From positions 1 through 53,615 of the forward strand of contig JAFXAN010000126.1 in assembly GCA_017517035.1 (NCBI GenBank): a DNA stretch of 53,615 nucleotides, in the 5' to 3' direction. Positions 20,130 to 30,557 of this stretch are shown here, in pieces; position 1 is the first letter of the stretch; each line of letters opens with the position of its first letter. The notes below the pieces were generated by a model. That model ran no database searches. It was not told where the DNA came from and saw only the letters and a program-made list of their open reading frames with translations. The translations under genes and the position numbers were made by a program. The DNA is from Clostridia bacterium (GTDB lineage Bacteria; Bacillota; Clostridia; Oscillospirales; CAG-272).

Positions 20130-20978
20130 TTATTTTGAATTGTTTTTCAGAATTCTGTATTCGGAGGGGAGAAAACCGCTATAAGCCTTGAATGTTTTTG
20201 AAAAATGAGACAGATTCTCATATCCAACCAAGTTTGCAACCTCGCTTACCGAATAATTGTTGGTTTCAAGAAGCTTTTTGGCTTGCTCGCATCTGAGAAT
20301 ACTTATATATTCCGTAGTGGTATAACCTGTATAAAGCTTGAATTCTCTTAAAAAATGATATTTACTGACATTTACATTTTGAGCTATGACTTCAAGAGTT
20401 AATGGGGAACAGTAATTTTCATTTATATATACAAGACCTTTTTTGATGTAATCTTTTTGAACGGATTTTTTTCCAGAGCTTATTTTTTCGGAGTGATATG
20501 TATAGAGATGAGAAACAAGAAGAAGGGCAAGAGAGCGCATATTGGGGACAAAGAAACGTGAAGATTTATCCTCCTGCTTAAAATAGCGGATGGCTTCGAT
20601 AATGAGCTTCACAGCCTCATTGTCATTAAATTTGGTTACAAATCTGAATTTTTCAATATCAAAGCCATTTTGCTTGAAAAAATCAAGTCCTATAATGAAG
20701 CAATGATAGACGGGCTTGGTTTTACTTGAGATGAGATGAAGCTGATTGGAATTTATGATGATAATATCTCCTGCTACAAAATCGGTTTCCTGTGCATCGC
20801 AAATAACCGAACCTACACCTTCAATTATATAAAGGATCTCTATACTGTCGTGCCAATTTCCTTTCATCATATAGTAACTGACATTTGCGTGAGCTATAAA
20901 AGGTAAAAAATTATCCTTCCATTCGTGAAGCTCATATTTTTCTCTGGAATTTGTTTGCTTTTTCTCTTTTTTATTCAT
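20130..20978 (-). CDS. AraC/XylS-family regulator with cupin sensor domain
   Basis: NWHDSIEILY cupin motif; double HTH ending VGYENLSHFSKTFK; RBS gagg before ATG 20978. Confidence 0.93.
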   Translation of the reverse strand: MNKKEKKQTNSREKYELHEWKDNFLPFIAHANVSYYMMKGNWHDSIEILYIIEGVGSVICDAQETDFVAGDIIIINSNQLHLISSKTKPVYHCFIIGLDFFKQNGFDIEKFRFVTKFNDNEAVKLIIEAIRYFKQEDKSSRFFVPNMRSLALLLVSHLYTYHSEKISSGKKSVQKDYIKKGLVYINENYCSPLTLEVIAQNVNVSKYHFLREFKLYTGYTTTEYISILRCEQAKKLLETNNYSVSEVANLVGYENLSHFSKTFKAYSGFLPSEYRILKNNSK

Positions 20979-21009
20979 CTTGTCCTCACTTTTTAAGCGA
21001 TATGATTCT

Positions 21010-21038
21010 ATTATAAGGCACAAAAAAGTTTTTTTCAA
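21010..21038 (-). promoter_or_regulatory. Sigma-A promoter for araC-1
   Basis: TTGAAA-17 bp-TATAAT on the minus strand. Confidence 0.65.
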
Positions 21039-21273
21039 GACTTTTTGAAAAAATAATTCAAAAAATACGCTCAACGTTTCCTTTATTTGTCAATTTATTG
21101 TTAATGTGGTGAGATGTTCTTTTAAATGTTGATCTTGCCGTGATATGCAAAACCCCAATGTTTATTAGTGCTTTTGTTTAAAGGCGTCACGAAGATAGTT
21201 GGCATAATATGGCTTTTTGTCAAAAAACAACAACTCGTTGCGTAAAATATAAAATCTGCTTTTTTTGAAAGGA

Positions 21274-21338
21274 CAGCAATATAACGTTAACGATTAGCAA
21301 TTTAAACTATTGAAGGAAATCCGATAATTGTTTAAAAT
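21274..21338 (+). promoter_or_regulatory. Promoter of the LRR operon with a tandem AraC-type site
   Basis: agcaat repeats at 21275 and 21296 (21 bp apart), then TTGAAG-17 bp-TAAAAT at 21310-21338. Confidence 0.5.
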
Positions 21339-21390
21339 AAAAGCATACGGTTGAAAAACCGAAAAAACAAAAAACGAGAGGAATAAGACT

Positions 21391-24195
21391 ATGAAAAAAC
21401 ATTTTTTGAAATTGTTGAATTTCATTTTCATTCTTACTGCTTTGCTTATTGTTTTCACATTTGGCATCAGTGCTGCCACTGTTGTGGAGGATATGCCTGC
21501 AGGCGATGATCTTTACTTCAGAATCGTGGAGGAAAACGGCGGCCAGACAATGGAATTCTATGGTGAAGGTACTGCGCTTAAAGCCGTACATTCGGAAACA
21601 AGCGAATATCTTACTCCCGGCTACACCAAATATATAGCCGCTTCCACAAACAACTATAAGAATTCAAGTCACTATCAATACAGAGCTACTGTAACAAAGG
21701 TAAGATTCCTTACTCCCAATCTTACTTCCTTCTTTGATTACTTCTTTTACAATTTCAGCAAGATAGTTGAAGTTGAATTGCACGCAAATATAACCAAGCT
21801 TACAGACGGTGCTTTTAACGGTATCAAGGCGATCACAACTGTTTACACAACAGGTCAGACTCGCGTAGAAGGAACCGCTAATCTTTCTAACATCACTACT
21901 CTTGGAAATTATACCTTCTGTGATAATAAATTCAGCAAGATAATTTTCAGCAGTTCAACAACATATGTTGGACAGCAGACCTTTAAGGGTTGTACCAACC
22001 TTACTTCTCTTGAGCTTCCTGCGGCGATAGCTTCTACACATGCGGATGCATTTAAGGGTTGTGCGGGTGTTACAACACTTACGGTTTACAATAATTCTAT
22101 TGACGTTTCTAAATTTGCCGGAGGTCTTACAGGTCTTACAACAATTGTTGCTAATTCGGGATCTGCAGCCGAAACATATGCAAATGCTAACGGAAAGACA
22201 TTTGAAATCGTTAAGCATCCTGCGGGCGAAGGCGTATTCTTCCGTGTGATTCCCGAAAACGGAAGCTACACAATGGAGATTTCTGGTGATGGTACCGCAC
22301 TTCAGGCTCTTGATTCTACAGGTACTGTGCTTAAGGGCGGTTACAGCTATACGTCAAATGCAAGTAAGGGAACACACTATTCCTACAGATCTATGGTTAC
22401 AAAGGTGAAATTCCTTACACCTAATCTTACTTCAATTTCCGGTTATTATTTCTACAATTTCAGAAGCATAGCAGAGGTTGAATTCCATCCCGATATGAAA
22501 AACATTTCAACCGAGGCATTCCTTGGTATCACTGCAATTAAGACTTGCTATACCACAGGTCAGCAGGTAGAGGTTGGAACTGCTAATCTTACTAACTTTA
22601 CAACATTAGGCAATTATGCTTTTTCCGGAAATCTCTTTGAAAGAATCGTTTTCGGTAGTGATATCACATATATTGGCTATCAGGTTTTCCAAAATTGTAA
22701 GTCACTTAAGTCTATCGAACTTCCCGCTAACATTGCAGGAGTTAATGCAGAGGCATTTGCTGGTTGTGCAGCTGTTACAACACTTACGGTCTATAATGAT
22801 TCACTTGATATTTCAGGCTTTGCCGCTAAGCTTACCGGTCTTATAAAAATAATCGGTTATAGCGGTTCTCCTGCACAAGAATTTGCAGATGGCAATGATG
22901 CTATAGAATTTGAAATTTTCAGTTTTCCTGCAGGTGCGGATCTTTATTTCCGTTTGATATCCGAGAATGATAGCTATACAATGGAAATCTTTGGAGAAGG
23001 TACAACACTTCAAGCGATAGATGCTTCTACCGGCGAGTATATGGCAGGTGGTTACAGCTATACAAATGTAGCGAAAAATGCAACACATCGTCCTTACAAG
23101 GATATGGTTACGAAGGTAAAATTCCTTACACCTAACCTTACAAAGATAAACGGCTATTATTTCTATGACTTCAGAAAAATAGCAGAGGTTGAATTCCATC
23201 CCGATATGAAGAATGTTTCAACTGAGGCATTTTTGGGTATTACAGCAATAAAGACTTGCTATACTACAGGTCAGACACCTGTAGAGGGAACAGCAAATCT
23301 TACTAATTTCAATATTTTAGAAAGCTTTGCTTTTTCGGGAAATCTCTTTGAAAAAATCGTTTTCGGTAGTGATATCACAACTATTGGCTATCAGGTTTTC
23401 CAAAATTGTAAGTCACTTAAGTCTATCGAACTTCCCGCTAACATTGCAGGAGTTAATGCAGAAGCATTTGCCGGCTGTGTTTCTGTTACATCACTTACTG
23501 TTTACAATGATAAGTTGGGTGTTGCAGATTTTGCCGCAAAACTTACAGCTCTTGAAACGATAGCAGCTCATTTCGGTTCTCCCGCATATGACTATGCTTA
23601 CGAAACCGGTAAGAACTTTGTTCTTGTCAGTGCAAATAATCTTCTAACTTTTGAGGGATTCCAGATAAGAGAAGAGAACTATAACGGTCTTCGTTCCCTG
23701 TTCTCTGCTAATCTTGTAAATCTTAATGAACTTGTAGAGAAGGGATTCACAATTGTTGAAATGGGAAGCCTTATAGCTTCAAGTGACAAGCTTGAAGCAA
23801 ACGGAGAGGAACTTACTGTTTCATATGAGGGCGGTATTGTTTCTTCACTTGGTTATGCGGCAAAGATCGCAGTTGTTAAAAACGGTGAGCTTACAGATGC
23901 GCGTACACTCAATTCTTCCACATCGGAAAAACTCAATTATGCTTGCACTGTTATAAACTACGATCAGAACACTTATGATAAGTTGGCAACTTTCCGTGGT
24001 TATATCGTTCTTGAGGATTCTAATGGCAACTCTTATGTATATTATGTTGATCTTGTTGATACTGATGGAACAAATTATAATTCTACTTCTCTTGATAAGA
24101 TGGTGGAAAAATTTGAAAATGACGGAATAACGGATCTCACAAATAACATTTGTTATGTTGATGTTAAGAAATTCAGAGAGAACTCTATGAAATAA
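21391..24195 (+). CDS. Secreted BspA/TpLRR (LRR_5) protein with three ~237-aa modules and a C-terminal domain
   Basis: Signal peptide; IGYQVFQNCKSLKSIELP repeats; GSAAETYA caps. Confidence 0.88.
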   Translation: MKKHFLKLLNFIFILTALLIVFTFGISAATVVEDMPAGDDLYFRIVEENGGQTMEFYGEGTALKAVHSETSEYLTPGYTKYIAASTNNYKNSSHYQYRATVTKVRFLTPNLTSFFDYFFYNFSKIVEVELHANITKLTDGAFNGIKAITTVYTTGQTRVEGTANLSNITTLGNYTFCDNKFSKIIFSSSTTYVGQQTFKGCTNLTSLELPAAIASTHADAFKGCAGVTTLTVYNNSIDVSKFAGGLTGLTTIVANSGSAAETYANANGKTFEIVKHPAGEGVFFRVIPENGSYTMEISGDGTALQALDSTGTVLKGGYSYTSNASKGTHYSYRSMVTKVKFLTPNLTSISGYYFYNFRSIAEVEFHPDMKNISTEAFLGITAIKTCYTTGQQVEVGTANLTNFTTLGNYAFSGNLFERIVFGSDITYIGYQVFQNCKSLKSIELPANIAGVNAEAFAGCAAVTTLTVYNDSLDISGFAAKLTGLIKIIGYSGSPAQEFADGNDAIEFEIFSFPAGADLYFRLISENDSYTMEIFGEGTTLQAIDASTGEYMAGGYSYTNVAKNATHRPYKDMVTKVKFLTPNLTKINGYYFYDFRKIAEVEFHPDMKNVSTEAFLGITAIKTCYTTGQTPVEGTANLTNFNILESFAFSGNLFEKIVFGSDITTIGYQVFQNCKSLKSIELPANIAGVNAEAFAGCVSVTSLTVYNDKLGVADFAAKLTALETIAAHFGSPAYDYAYETGKNFVLVSANNLLTFEGFQIREENYNGLRSLFSANLVNLNELVEKGFTIVEMGSLIASSDKLEANGEELTVSYEGGIVSSLGYAAKIAVVKNGELTDARTLNSSTSEKLNYACTVINYDQNTYDKLATFRGYIVLEDSNGNSYVYYVDLVDTDGTNYNSTSLDKMVEKFENDGITDLTNNICYVDVKKFRENSMK
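22671..23462 (+). repeat. Intragenic direct repeat: identical 81 bp at 22671-22751 and 23382-23462
   Basis: tattggctatcagg...gttaatgcaga occurs twice, 711 bp apart. Confidence 0.85.
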
Positions 24196-24208
24196 TTTTC
24201 ACTATCGG

Positions 24209-24247
24209 CTCGCATGACAATCTAATTTATTGTCATGCGAGTTTTTT
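24209..24247 (+). terminator. Intra-operon stem-loop with U tract
   Basis: ctcgcatgacaa-N9-ttgtcatgcgag followed by tttttt. Confidence 0.75.
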
Positions 24248-24268
24248 AAAATGAAAAGGAGACTTAAA

Positions 24269-27200
24269 ATGAAAAAAATGAAGAAACTTTTTTCTTTTAT
24301 ACTTGTAATATTTTTGATAGTTGGTACATTTGGTAATTTTAATGTTTTTGCTATCAATTTGTCAGATGTATCAAGTGTGGCTTCTGCAACCATCGGTGAA
24401 TCGCGCCATAATTCGCCGCTTGATTATGAGGTTGGCGAGGATATCGAATTTTATTTTACATTGAAATCAGGCACTAACACCGTTGTAGCTCCGTATCTTC
24501 ATTATTCTGCAGAAATGGACGATGGCAGAACGCTTAGCGGATACGTTGAGGCTGTTGACGGAGAATATACTGTTACTCTTGAGGGGGGCTTGCTTCGTCC
24601 GGGTTTTGTAAGACTTACTGTAAGTGCTTGTGACAAAAACAAGAACAGCTATTCAAAGGATACCATTCCCGCAGTTGCTCCTTATACTTGCAGCGCAGGT
24701 GCGGCTGTTTCGGATATCTCTTCTGTTTACGGGGCTCCCGATGCTTATGATGAATTCGGCGATTTTGATTCTTTCTGGGCAGCGGCTGTCGCTCAGCTTG
24801 ATGAAACGCAGGCGACTCTTGATTTTATCTATTATTGCGGTGAAAAAGATGTAAACGGTGTTCTTTATGACTGCTATGAGATAGAGATCAACTGTCCGGA
24901 GGATGAATATTATAATTCCGTAACGGGAAAATGGCATGAGGATAACCATACAATGGCTTATCTTACAATTCCGAAGGGAAAAACCAATCTCGGACTCAAA
25001 GTTCGTTATCACGGTTATGATGTTGTACTTCCTAACAGCAAATCAGGTTCCATTGATGCAGGGACCGGTCTTTTTACAGCTGACAAGATATGTCTCAGCG
25101 TTTCTCCACATGCAATTCCTGCTCCCCATAATGTTGAAAATGCGGTAGATACCAATTATGTAAGCGGGGATGCATATCTTCACACATATTATACCAATTA
25201 TACAGGGTACCTTGCAAAGACATACGGCTATTCAAATAACCACGGTTATAATACCGATGAAAATTCAGATCCTAATACTACATATTTTAAATACATGATC
25301 CTTCGTGATCTTCAGGCTCTTAATTTCATTAAGCTTTACTTTGGCGAAAAGGCTGTCAGCGGTTATGAGAGCTGGGCAGGACTTTGGGATGGCGAAAATA
25401 TTCTCGTAACAGGTCCCAGCCAAGGTGGATTGCAGTCTCTTGCGGTTGCAGGTCTTGACAGCGATGTTAATGAAGTTGATGTTGAAGTTCCGTGGTGTGG
25501 CGATGTAGGTGCGGTTACAGATGATTCCGACAGAGCAAAGTCAACTCTTACAAGCAAGATCGGATTCAGAGAGGGTCTTCGCTATATTGATGTTGCAAAT
25601 CATGCGGCAAACATTTCAAAGGACTGCAAAGTAACCATCAATGCAGGACTTATTGATGCCATCTGTCCTCCATCAACAATATTCAGTATCTATAACAATC
25701 TGAATTGTGATGCAACTCTCACAATGCATCAGAATAAGGCACACAGCACCTCGGGTACTGTGATCTATACGCAGACTCTTTCAAAGTCGGCGGACAATTC
25801 CGCAAATGAGAGAGTCATAAGCTTTACAGGAAGTGTAGACTCATCCGTAAAGGAAATCTTCGGTGATGCCTGGCAGAATGTGAGCGGTGAGAAAGTTGTC
25901 AGCAGCGGTGCAAACTCTATCGCAATATATGTTGTTGACAAGAATACCACTACCGACTTTGCTTCTCTTGCGAAGAACAGCACAGCAGAGGCTATAGGTA
26001 TCGTTCTCACAGGCAATGATCTTACCAAGATCAACGGAAAGCTTGCTGAGATCTATGCTCTTCACAACGATGTGAACAGTAAGGTTTGGGTTATCTCAAA
26101 CAGCGGAACATTTAATGCTTCCGATGCTGAAAATGCGGCAATTACCCTTGATGCTTGCCTTGGCGGCGGTGACAGACCCACTGAAAACGCCTTTGTCGCT
26201 CTTTACGGCAAGGATGGTCAGATGGGAACAAGCTTTGCTTTAACTGCAAATGAAAATTACGCAATTATTCCTTCGCCTCTCTATCTTTCGGGTAAGGGAA
26301 TCTTGAGCGAAACTGAAAATGTTACCTTTGGAAATGGCGTTATGTCATCAAACGGTGAGGACGGAAGCATAAAGCTCAGAGTTCCTCCATGTGACGCAGA
26401 GTATTCTGTTGTCGGTATAGGTGATGTTAATGCATACGGTTCTATCGACGGTGTAGGTCTTTGGTTTGTTAAGGATGGATGTCTCACAGTTAAGGGAAGC
26501 GGTGCGGTTCCTTCATATGCTTCAGCTTCCGCAACCCCATGGTCTACTTATAACGTAAGTGAAGTTATAGTTGAAGAAGGTATAACATCTATCGGTTCTT
26601 ACGCATTTTATAAGAAGGCGGTAACAATAACTATTCCTTCCAGTGTTACCGATATTAAAAGCAATTCGATAAGAAGCGGTTCAACCGTTATAGGTTATGA
26701 TAACACCTATGCAAGCACATACGCAAAATCAAAAAATCTTTCCTTCCTGAGCTTGGGCGGTGTTGGCAGTTGCGGTGAAAACCTTTCCTGGCAGTTTGAT
26801 GTCGAAAGCGGTATTTTCCGTGTAACAGGTACAGGCGATAAATTCCAGCCTCTTGATGCCGATGGAAATGTTGTTTCGATAGATTGGCAGGGAACAAATG
26901 CTTCAAAGCGTCAGTATCACACATATGCTACTAAGGTTAAACAGATCATAATTGAAGCTCCCGTGACTACAATTTCACCATATTCATTTAGCGGATTTAC
27001 CGCTTGTGAGGTGATGGAGCTTCCCGTTACATATACAAGCGTTGGCGTTGTTTTGAACGGCATGAAGGCGCTTGATACCGTTTATACTACAGGTCAGGAA
27101 GCAGAAAAGGGAACTGCGAATTTTTCAAATGTAGCGTCCTTTGGTTGGTATGCGGCATCCGCCATCAATGCAAAGAAGATCATTATCGGTGATAAAACAA

Positions 27201-29569
27201 CAAACATCGGTAATGAAGTATTTAAGAATTGTAAATCACTTGAAGAAATAGTTTTTGCAAATAAGCTTACAACGATTTCTCAATATGCTTTCCAGAATTG
27301 TACTTCACTTAAGTCTGTTTCAATTCCTTCAAGCATTAAAACAGTTAATGCAGATGCATTTAAGGGTTGTACTGCACTTGAGGAGCTTACCGTAGAAAAT
27401 AAGGAACTTGAAATTTCGGGTTTTGCATCGGGAATGACAGCTCTAAAGAAGATAATCGGTTACAGTGGCTCTCCTGCAGAGACATACGCAAATTCAAATG
27501 GAATCGAATTCGAATCTCTCAGCTTTGTTCTCAATGATATGCCCGCAGGTGACGATGTTTTCTACCGTCTTGTTGATAACGGTGACGGCACATATACGAT
27601 GGAATTCTACGGAGACGGTACGGCTATCAAAGCAATGAATACATCGGGTGAATATTTCACCTCCGACAGCTATTCGGGTTATGTTTCTAATAATGATTAT
27701 CTTAAATCGACACACTATCCCTTTAAGGATAAGGTAACTAAGATCAAATATCTTACACCAAACGTTGTTGATCTTCCGGGTTACTATTTTATGGGCTTCA
27801 AGGCCACAGAGGTTGAGCTTCATCCAAATATGCAGACTCTTTCTGCCGATGCTTTCAACGGTATAAAAACTATATCTACCATTTATACTACGGGACAAAA
27901 CAAAGTGGAGGGAACTGCTAATCTTTCAAATATAAAGAGTATGGGATCGTATTGCTTCCAGGGCAATGTATTCAAGAAAGTGATTTTCGGAAGTGAGCTT
28001 AAATCCGTGGGATATATGCTCTTCTACAACTGCAAAGCTCTTGAGTCTATTGAGCTTCCCGAAAATATCACAGGCGTTGATTCAACCGCTTTCCAGGGCT
28101 GTAGCGGTGTTACAACTCTTACTGTAGAAAATGCAAAGCTCAATGTTTCGGGATTTGCTTCAAAGCTTACTGCTCTCACAAAAATAATCGGTCACGGTGG
28201 TTCAACTGCTGAGACATATGCAAATGAAAATGGTATTACATTTGAGTTGATAAACGGCACAGGTGATGAAGGTGGAGATGAACCTATTGCACAGTACCCT
28301 GCAGGCGAGGACGTCTATTACCGTATAGTAGAAGAAAACGGCATCTATATTATGGAGATACTCGGTGACGGTACTTCTATGAAGGCTGTAAATGCAGAGG
28401 GAGAATACCTTGCCGACAGCTATAACGGTTACCTTGCAAACAATGCATATAAGAATGCAACACATTATGTTTATAAGGATCAGGTCACAAAGGTAAGATA
28501 CCTTACTCCCAACCTTACGGATCTTCCGGGATATTATTTCTACGGCTTCAAGATCGACGAGGTAGAATTCCATCCCGATATGAAGACGCTTACCCAGGAT
28601 GCATTCAACGGAATTAAAACTGTAACGACTATCTATACAACGGGACAGACTCCCGAAGCGGGTACTGCTAATCTTTCTAATTTCAGCACTCTCGGGTCAT
28701 TCTGCTTCCAGCGTAATCTCTTTAAGAAGATAATCTTCAGCAGTGAGCTTACAGGTGTCGGATACGAAATATTCACAGGTTGTACTGCTCTTGAGACAAT
28801 TGTACTTCCCGAAAATATCAAGGGTGTTGATGCAACTGCATTCAAGGGTTGTACCGGTGTAAAAACACTTGCTGTATACTGTTCTGACGTGAAAGTCGCA
28901 AACTTTGCCGGAACATTGACTTGTCTTGAGTATATTATCGGACATGACGGCTCGTTCGCGCAGACATACGCAGAAGAAAATGATATCGGTTTCATTTCTC
29001 TTGATGCAACGGGTCTTTTGAGCTTTGACGGATTTAAGATCAGAGAAACGGATTATAACGGACTTCGTTCTATTTATACCGCCGATCTTACGGAATTTGC
29101 AAATCTGAGAGAGAACGGATTTAGCGTAGTTGAGTTTGGTGGTCTTGTGGCTTCAGCTGAAAAGCTTAATGAAAACGGTGAGGAGCTTGGCGTTGCTAAA
29201 GATGCAAACGGCGATTATCAGAGCAATAGCTATGCTCATAAGTTTACTATTATGAAAAACGGTAAATTTACAGGCAACAAGATCCTTTCCGCAGATGAAG
29301 AAAAGGTTGAGTTTGCAGTGACTATCATCAATTTCAGTAAAGAAACATTCGAAAAGGATTTCACATTCAGAGGATATATGGTTATTTCAGACGAGAATGG
29401 TAATGAATATATTCTTTATGCCGATCTTACAGATGATGAGGGCAATATCTGTAATACTGCTTCACTTTCGGTAACGGTTGAAAGATTCTTTGAAGACGGT
29501 CTCATTGATCCCGAAACCAATATCAGTTATCTTGATGTTAAAAAGTTTAGGGAAGAGGAAGTTCAGTAA
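24269..29569 (+). CDS. Secreted CE7 (acetyl xylan esterase-like) / TpLRR multidomain protein
   Basis: Signal peptide; DFDSFW, YHGY, GPSQGG, GLIDAICPPST, downstream His; then LRR modules and a C-terminal domain shared with 21391; RBS aggag before ATG 24269. Confidence 0.85.
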   Translation: MKKMKKLFSFILVIFLIVGTFGNFNVFAINLSDVSSVASATIGESRHNSPLDYEVGEDIEFYFTLKSGTNTVVAPYLHYSAEMDDGRTLSGYVEAVDGEYTVTLEGGLLRPGFVRLTVSACDKNKNSYSKDTIPAVAPYTCSAGAAVSDISSVYGAPDAYDEFGDFDSFWAAAVAQLDETQATLDFIYYCGEKDVNGVLYDCYEIEINCPEDEYYNSVTGKWHEDNHTMAYLTIPKGKTNLGLKVRYHGYDVVLPNSKSGSIDAGTGLFTADKICLSVSPHAIPAPHNVENAVDTNYVSGDAYLHTYYTNYTGYLAKTYGYSNNHGYNTDENSDPNTTYFKYMILRDLQALNFIKLYFGEKAVSGYESWAGLWDGENILVTGPSQGGLQSLAVAGLDSDVNEVDVEVPWCGDVGAVTDDSDRAKSTLTSKIGFREGLRYIDVANHAANISKDCKVTINAGLIDAICPPSTIFSIYNNLNCDATLTMHQNKAHSTSGTVIYTQTLSKSADNSANERVISFTGSVDSSVKEIFGDAWQNVSGEKVVSSGANSIAIYVVDKNTTTDFASLAKNSTAEAIGIVLTGNDLTKINGKLAEIYALHNDVNSKVWVISNSGTFNASDAENAAITLDACLGGGDRPTENAFVALYGKDGQMGTSFALTANENYAIIPSPLYLSGKGILSETENVTFGNGVMSSNGEDGSIKLRVPPCDAEYSVVGIGDVNAYGSIDGVGLWFVKDGCLTVKGSGAVPSYASASATPWSTYNVSEVIVEEGITSIGSYAFYKKAVTITIPSSVTDIKSNSIRSGSTVIGYDNTYASTYAKSKNLSFLSLGGVGSCGENLSWQFDVESGIFRVTGTGDKFQPLDADGNVVSIDWQGTNASKRQYHTYATKVKQIIIEAPVTTISPYSFSGFTACEVMELPVTYTSVGVVLNGMKALDTVYTTGQEAEKGTANFSNVASFGWYAASAINAKKIIIGDKTTNIGNEVFKNCKSLEEIVFANKLTTISQYAFQNCTSLKSVSIPSSIKTVNADAFKGCTALEELTVENKELEISGFASGMTALKKIIGYSGSPAETYANSNGIEFESLSFVLNDMPAGDDVFYRLVDNGDGTYTMEFYGDGTAIKAMNTSGEYFTSDSYSGYVSNNDYLKSTHYPFKDKVTKIKYLTPNVVDLPGYYFMGFKATEVELHPNMQTLSADAFNGIKTISTIYTTGQNKVEGTANLSNIKSMGSYCFQGNVFKKVIFGSELKSVGYMLFYNCKALESIELPENITGVDSTAFQGCSGVTTLTVENAKLNVSGFASKLTALTKIIGHGGSTAETYANENGITFELINGTGDEGGDEPIAQYPAGEDVYYRIVEENGIYIMEILGDGTSMKAVNAEGEYLADSYNGYLANNAYKNATHYVYKDQVTKVRYLTPNLTDLPGYYFYGFKIDEVEFHPDMKTLTQDAFNGIKTVTTIYTTGQTPEAGTANLSNFSTLGSFCFQRNLFKKIIFSSELTGVGYEIFTGCTALETIVLPENIKGVDATAFKGCTGVKTLAVYCSDVKVANFAGTLTCLEYIIGHDGSFAQTYAEENDIGFISLDATGLLSFDGFKIRETDYNGLRSIYTADLTEFANLRENGFSVVEFGGLVASAEKLNENGEELGVAKDANGDYQSNSYAHKFTIMKNGKFTGNKILSADEEKVEFAVTIINFSKETFEKDFTFRGYMVISDENGNEYILYADLTDDEGNICNTASLSVTVERFFEDGLIDPETNISYLDVKKFREEEVQ

Positions 29570-29587
29570 AAAAATCACGAAAAAATC

Positions 29588-29621
29588 AAACAACCGAGGT
29601 CTGGTATGACCTTGGTTGTTT
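29588..29621 (+). terminator. Stem-loop after the CE7-LRR gene
   Basis: aaacaaccgaggtc-N6-gaccttggttgttt. Confidence 0.6.
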
Positions 29622-29661
29622 GGTGGTAATATTCTCTTAAAATGATAGGCGGTGTGCTTAT

Positions 29662-30537
29662 ATGCTTGATTTTTTGGTAGATTTTCTTGATAGATTCGAT
29701 TATCCGCAGGAGGCGAAGAAAGCATTTTATGATTGTTATAATGCTTTAATGGCAGATGGTGCTTCTAAAGAAGTTGTAAACAAGCACCTTGAAAATTATT
29801 CTCTTGGAAATGAATACAATCATGATTCAATGCTTTATCAGATAAAAACTGAGGCTACAAGGATCGGAATTCCGTGGCAGACAGCTCAGCTGCTTATGGT
29901 AATACTTCTTTCAAAATATTTGAAGGAAAAATACAAAGAAAAGGGGATCGAGGAGCAGGTCTGGGTAGATACCGTTGGCGATTTCAAATGTAAGCTTTAT
30001 GAATGTCATAAGGTGTACCATATTTGGGGAAGCTTTGTAGGTTGGTGGTGGAAGGATTTCTTCAGTATGAAGATTTTTGCTCTCGGAAGACTTCAATATG
30101 AAATGAAGCTATTTGATAAAGAATATAAAGATGAGAATGTCCATCTTACACCCGATATGAAGGCAATTTCCATTCATATCCCTTCATCAGGACCTCTTAC
30201 AAAGGAGCTTCGCGAGGATTCCTATAGGAGAGCAAAGGAATTTTTTAAGGATTATTTTGGTGATCAACCAACTCTGTTCATGTGTTCTTCCTGGCTTTTG
30301 TTTCCTGCACACGAGGAAATGATTCCAAAATCAAATATTGTTGATTTTATGCATGATTTCAATATTTTTGAAAGCACGGAGAGTGAAAAATTCGGAGAAC
30401 TTTGGAGAATTTTTGATGATAAATACAGTCTGCCCTATGAAGAGCTTCCGAGAGATACTTCCATGCGCCGTGCCTATGCCGAAAGACTTTGCGCAGGTAA
30501 AAAATTAGGAAAAGGAATAGGTTTTTTTATAAGATAA
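29662..30537 (+). CDS. DUF5596-like / GNAT-like acyltransferase-domain protein
   Basis: LGRLQYE, IHIPSSGPL, CSSWLL, SNIVDF, LPRDTSMRR motifs. Confidence 0.75.
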   Translation: MLDFLVDFLDRFDYPQEAKKAFYDCYNALMADGASKEVVNKHLENYSLGNEYNHDSMLYQIKTEATRIGIPWQTAQLLMVILLSKYLKEKYKEKGIEEQVWVDTVGDFKCKLYECHKVYHIWGSFVGWWWKDFFSMKIFALGRLQYEMKLFDKEYKDENVHLTPDMKAISIHIPSSGPLTKELREDSYRRAKEFFKDYFGDQPTLFMCSSWLLFPAHEEMIPKSNIVDFMHDFNIFESTESEKFGELWRIFDDKYSLPYEELPRDTSMRRAYAERLCAGKKLGKGIGFFIR

Positions 30538-30557
30538 CAATGAAAGGGTAACAAAAT

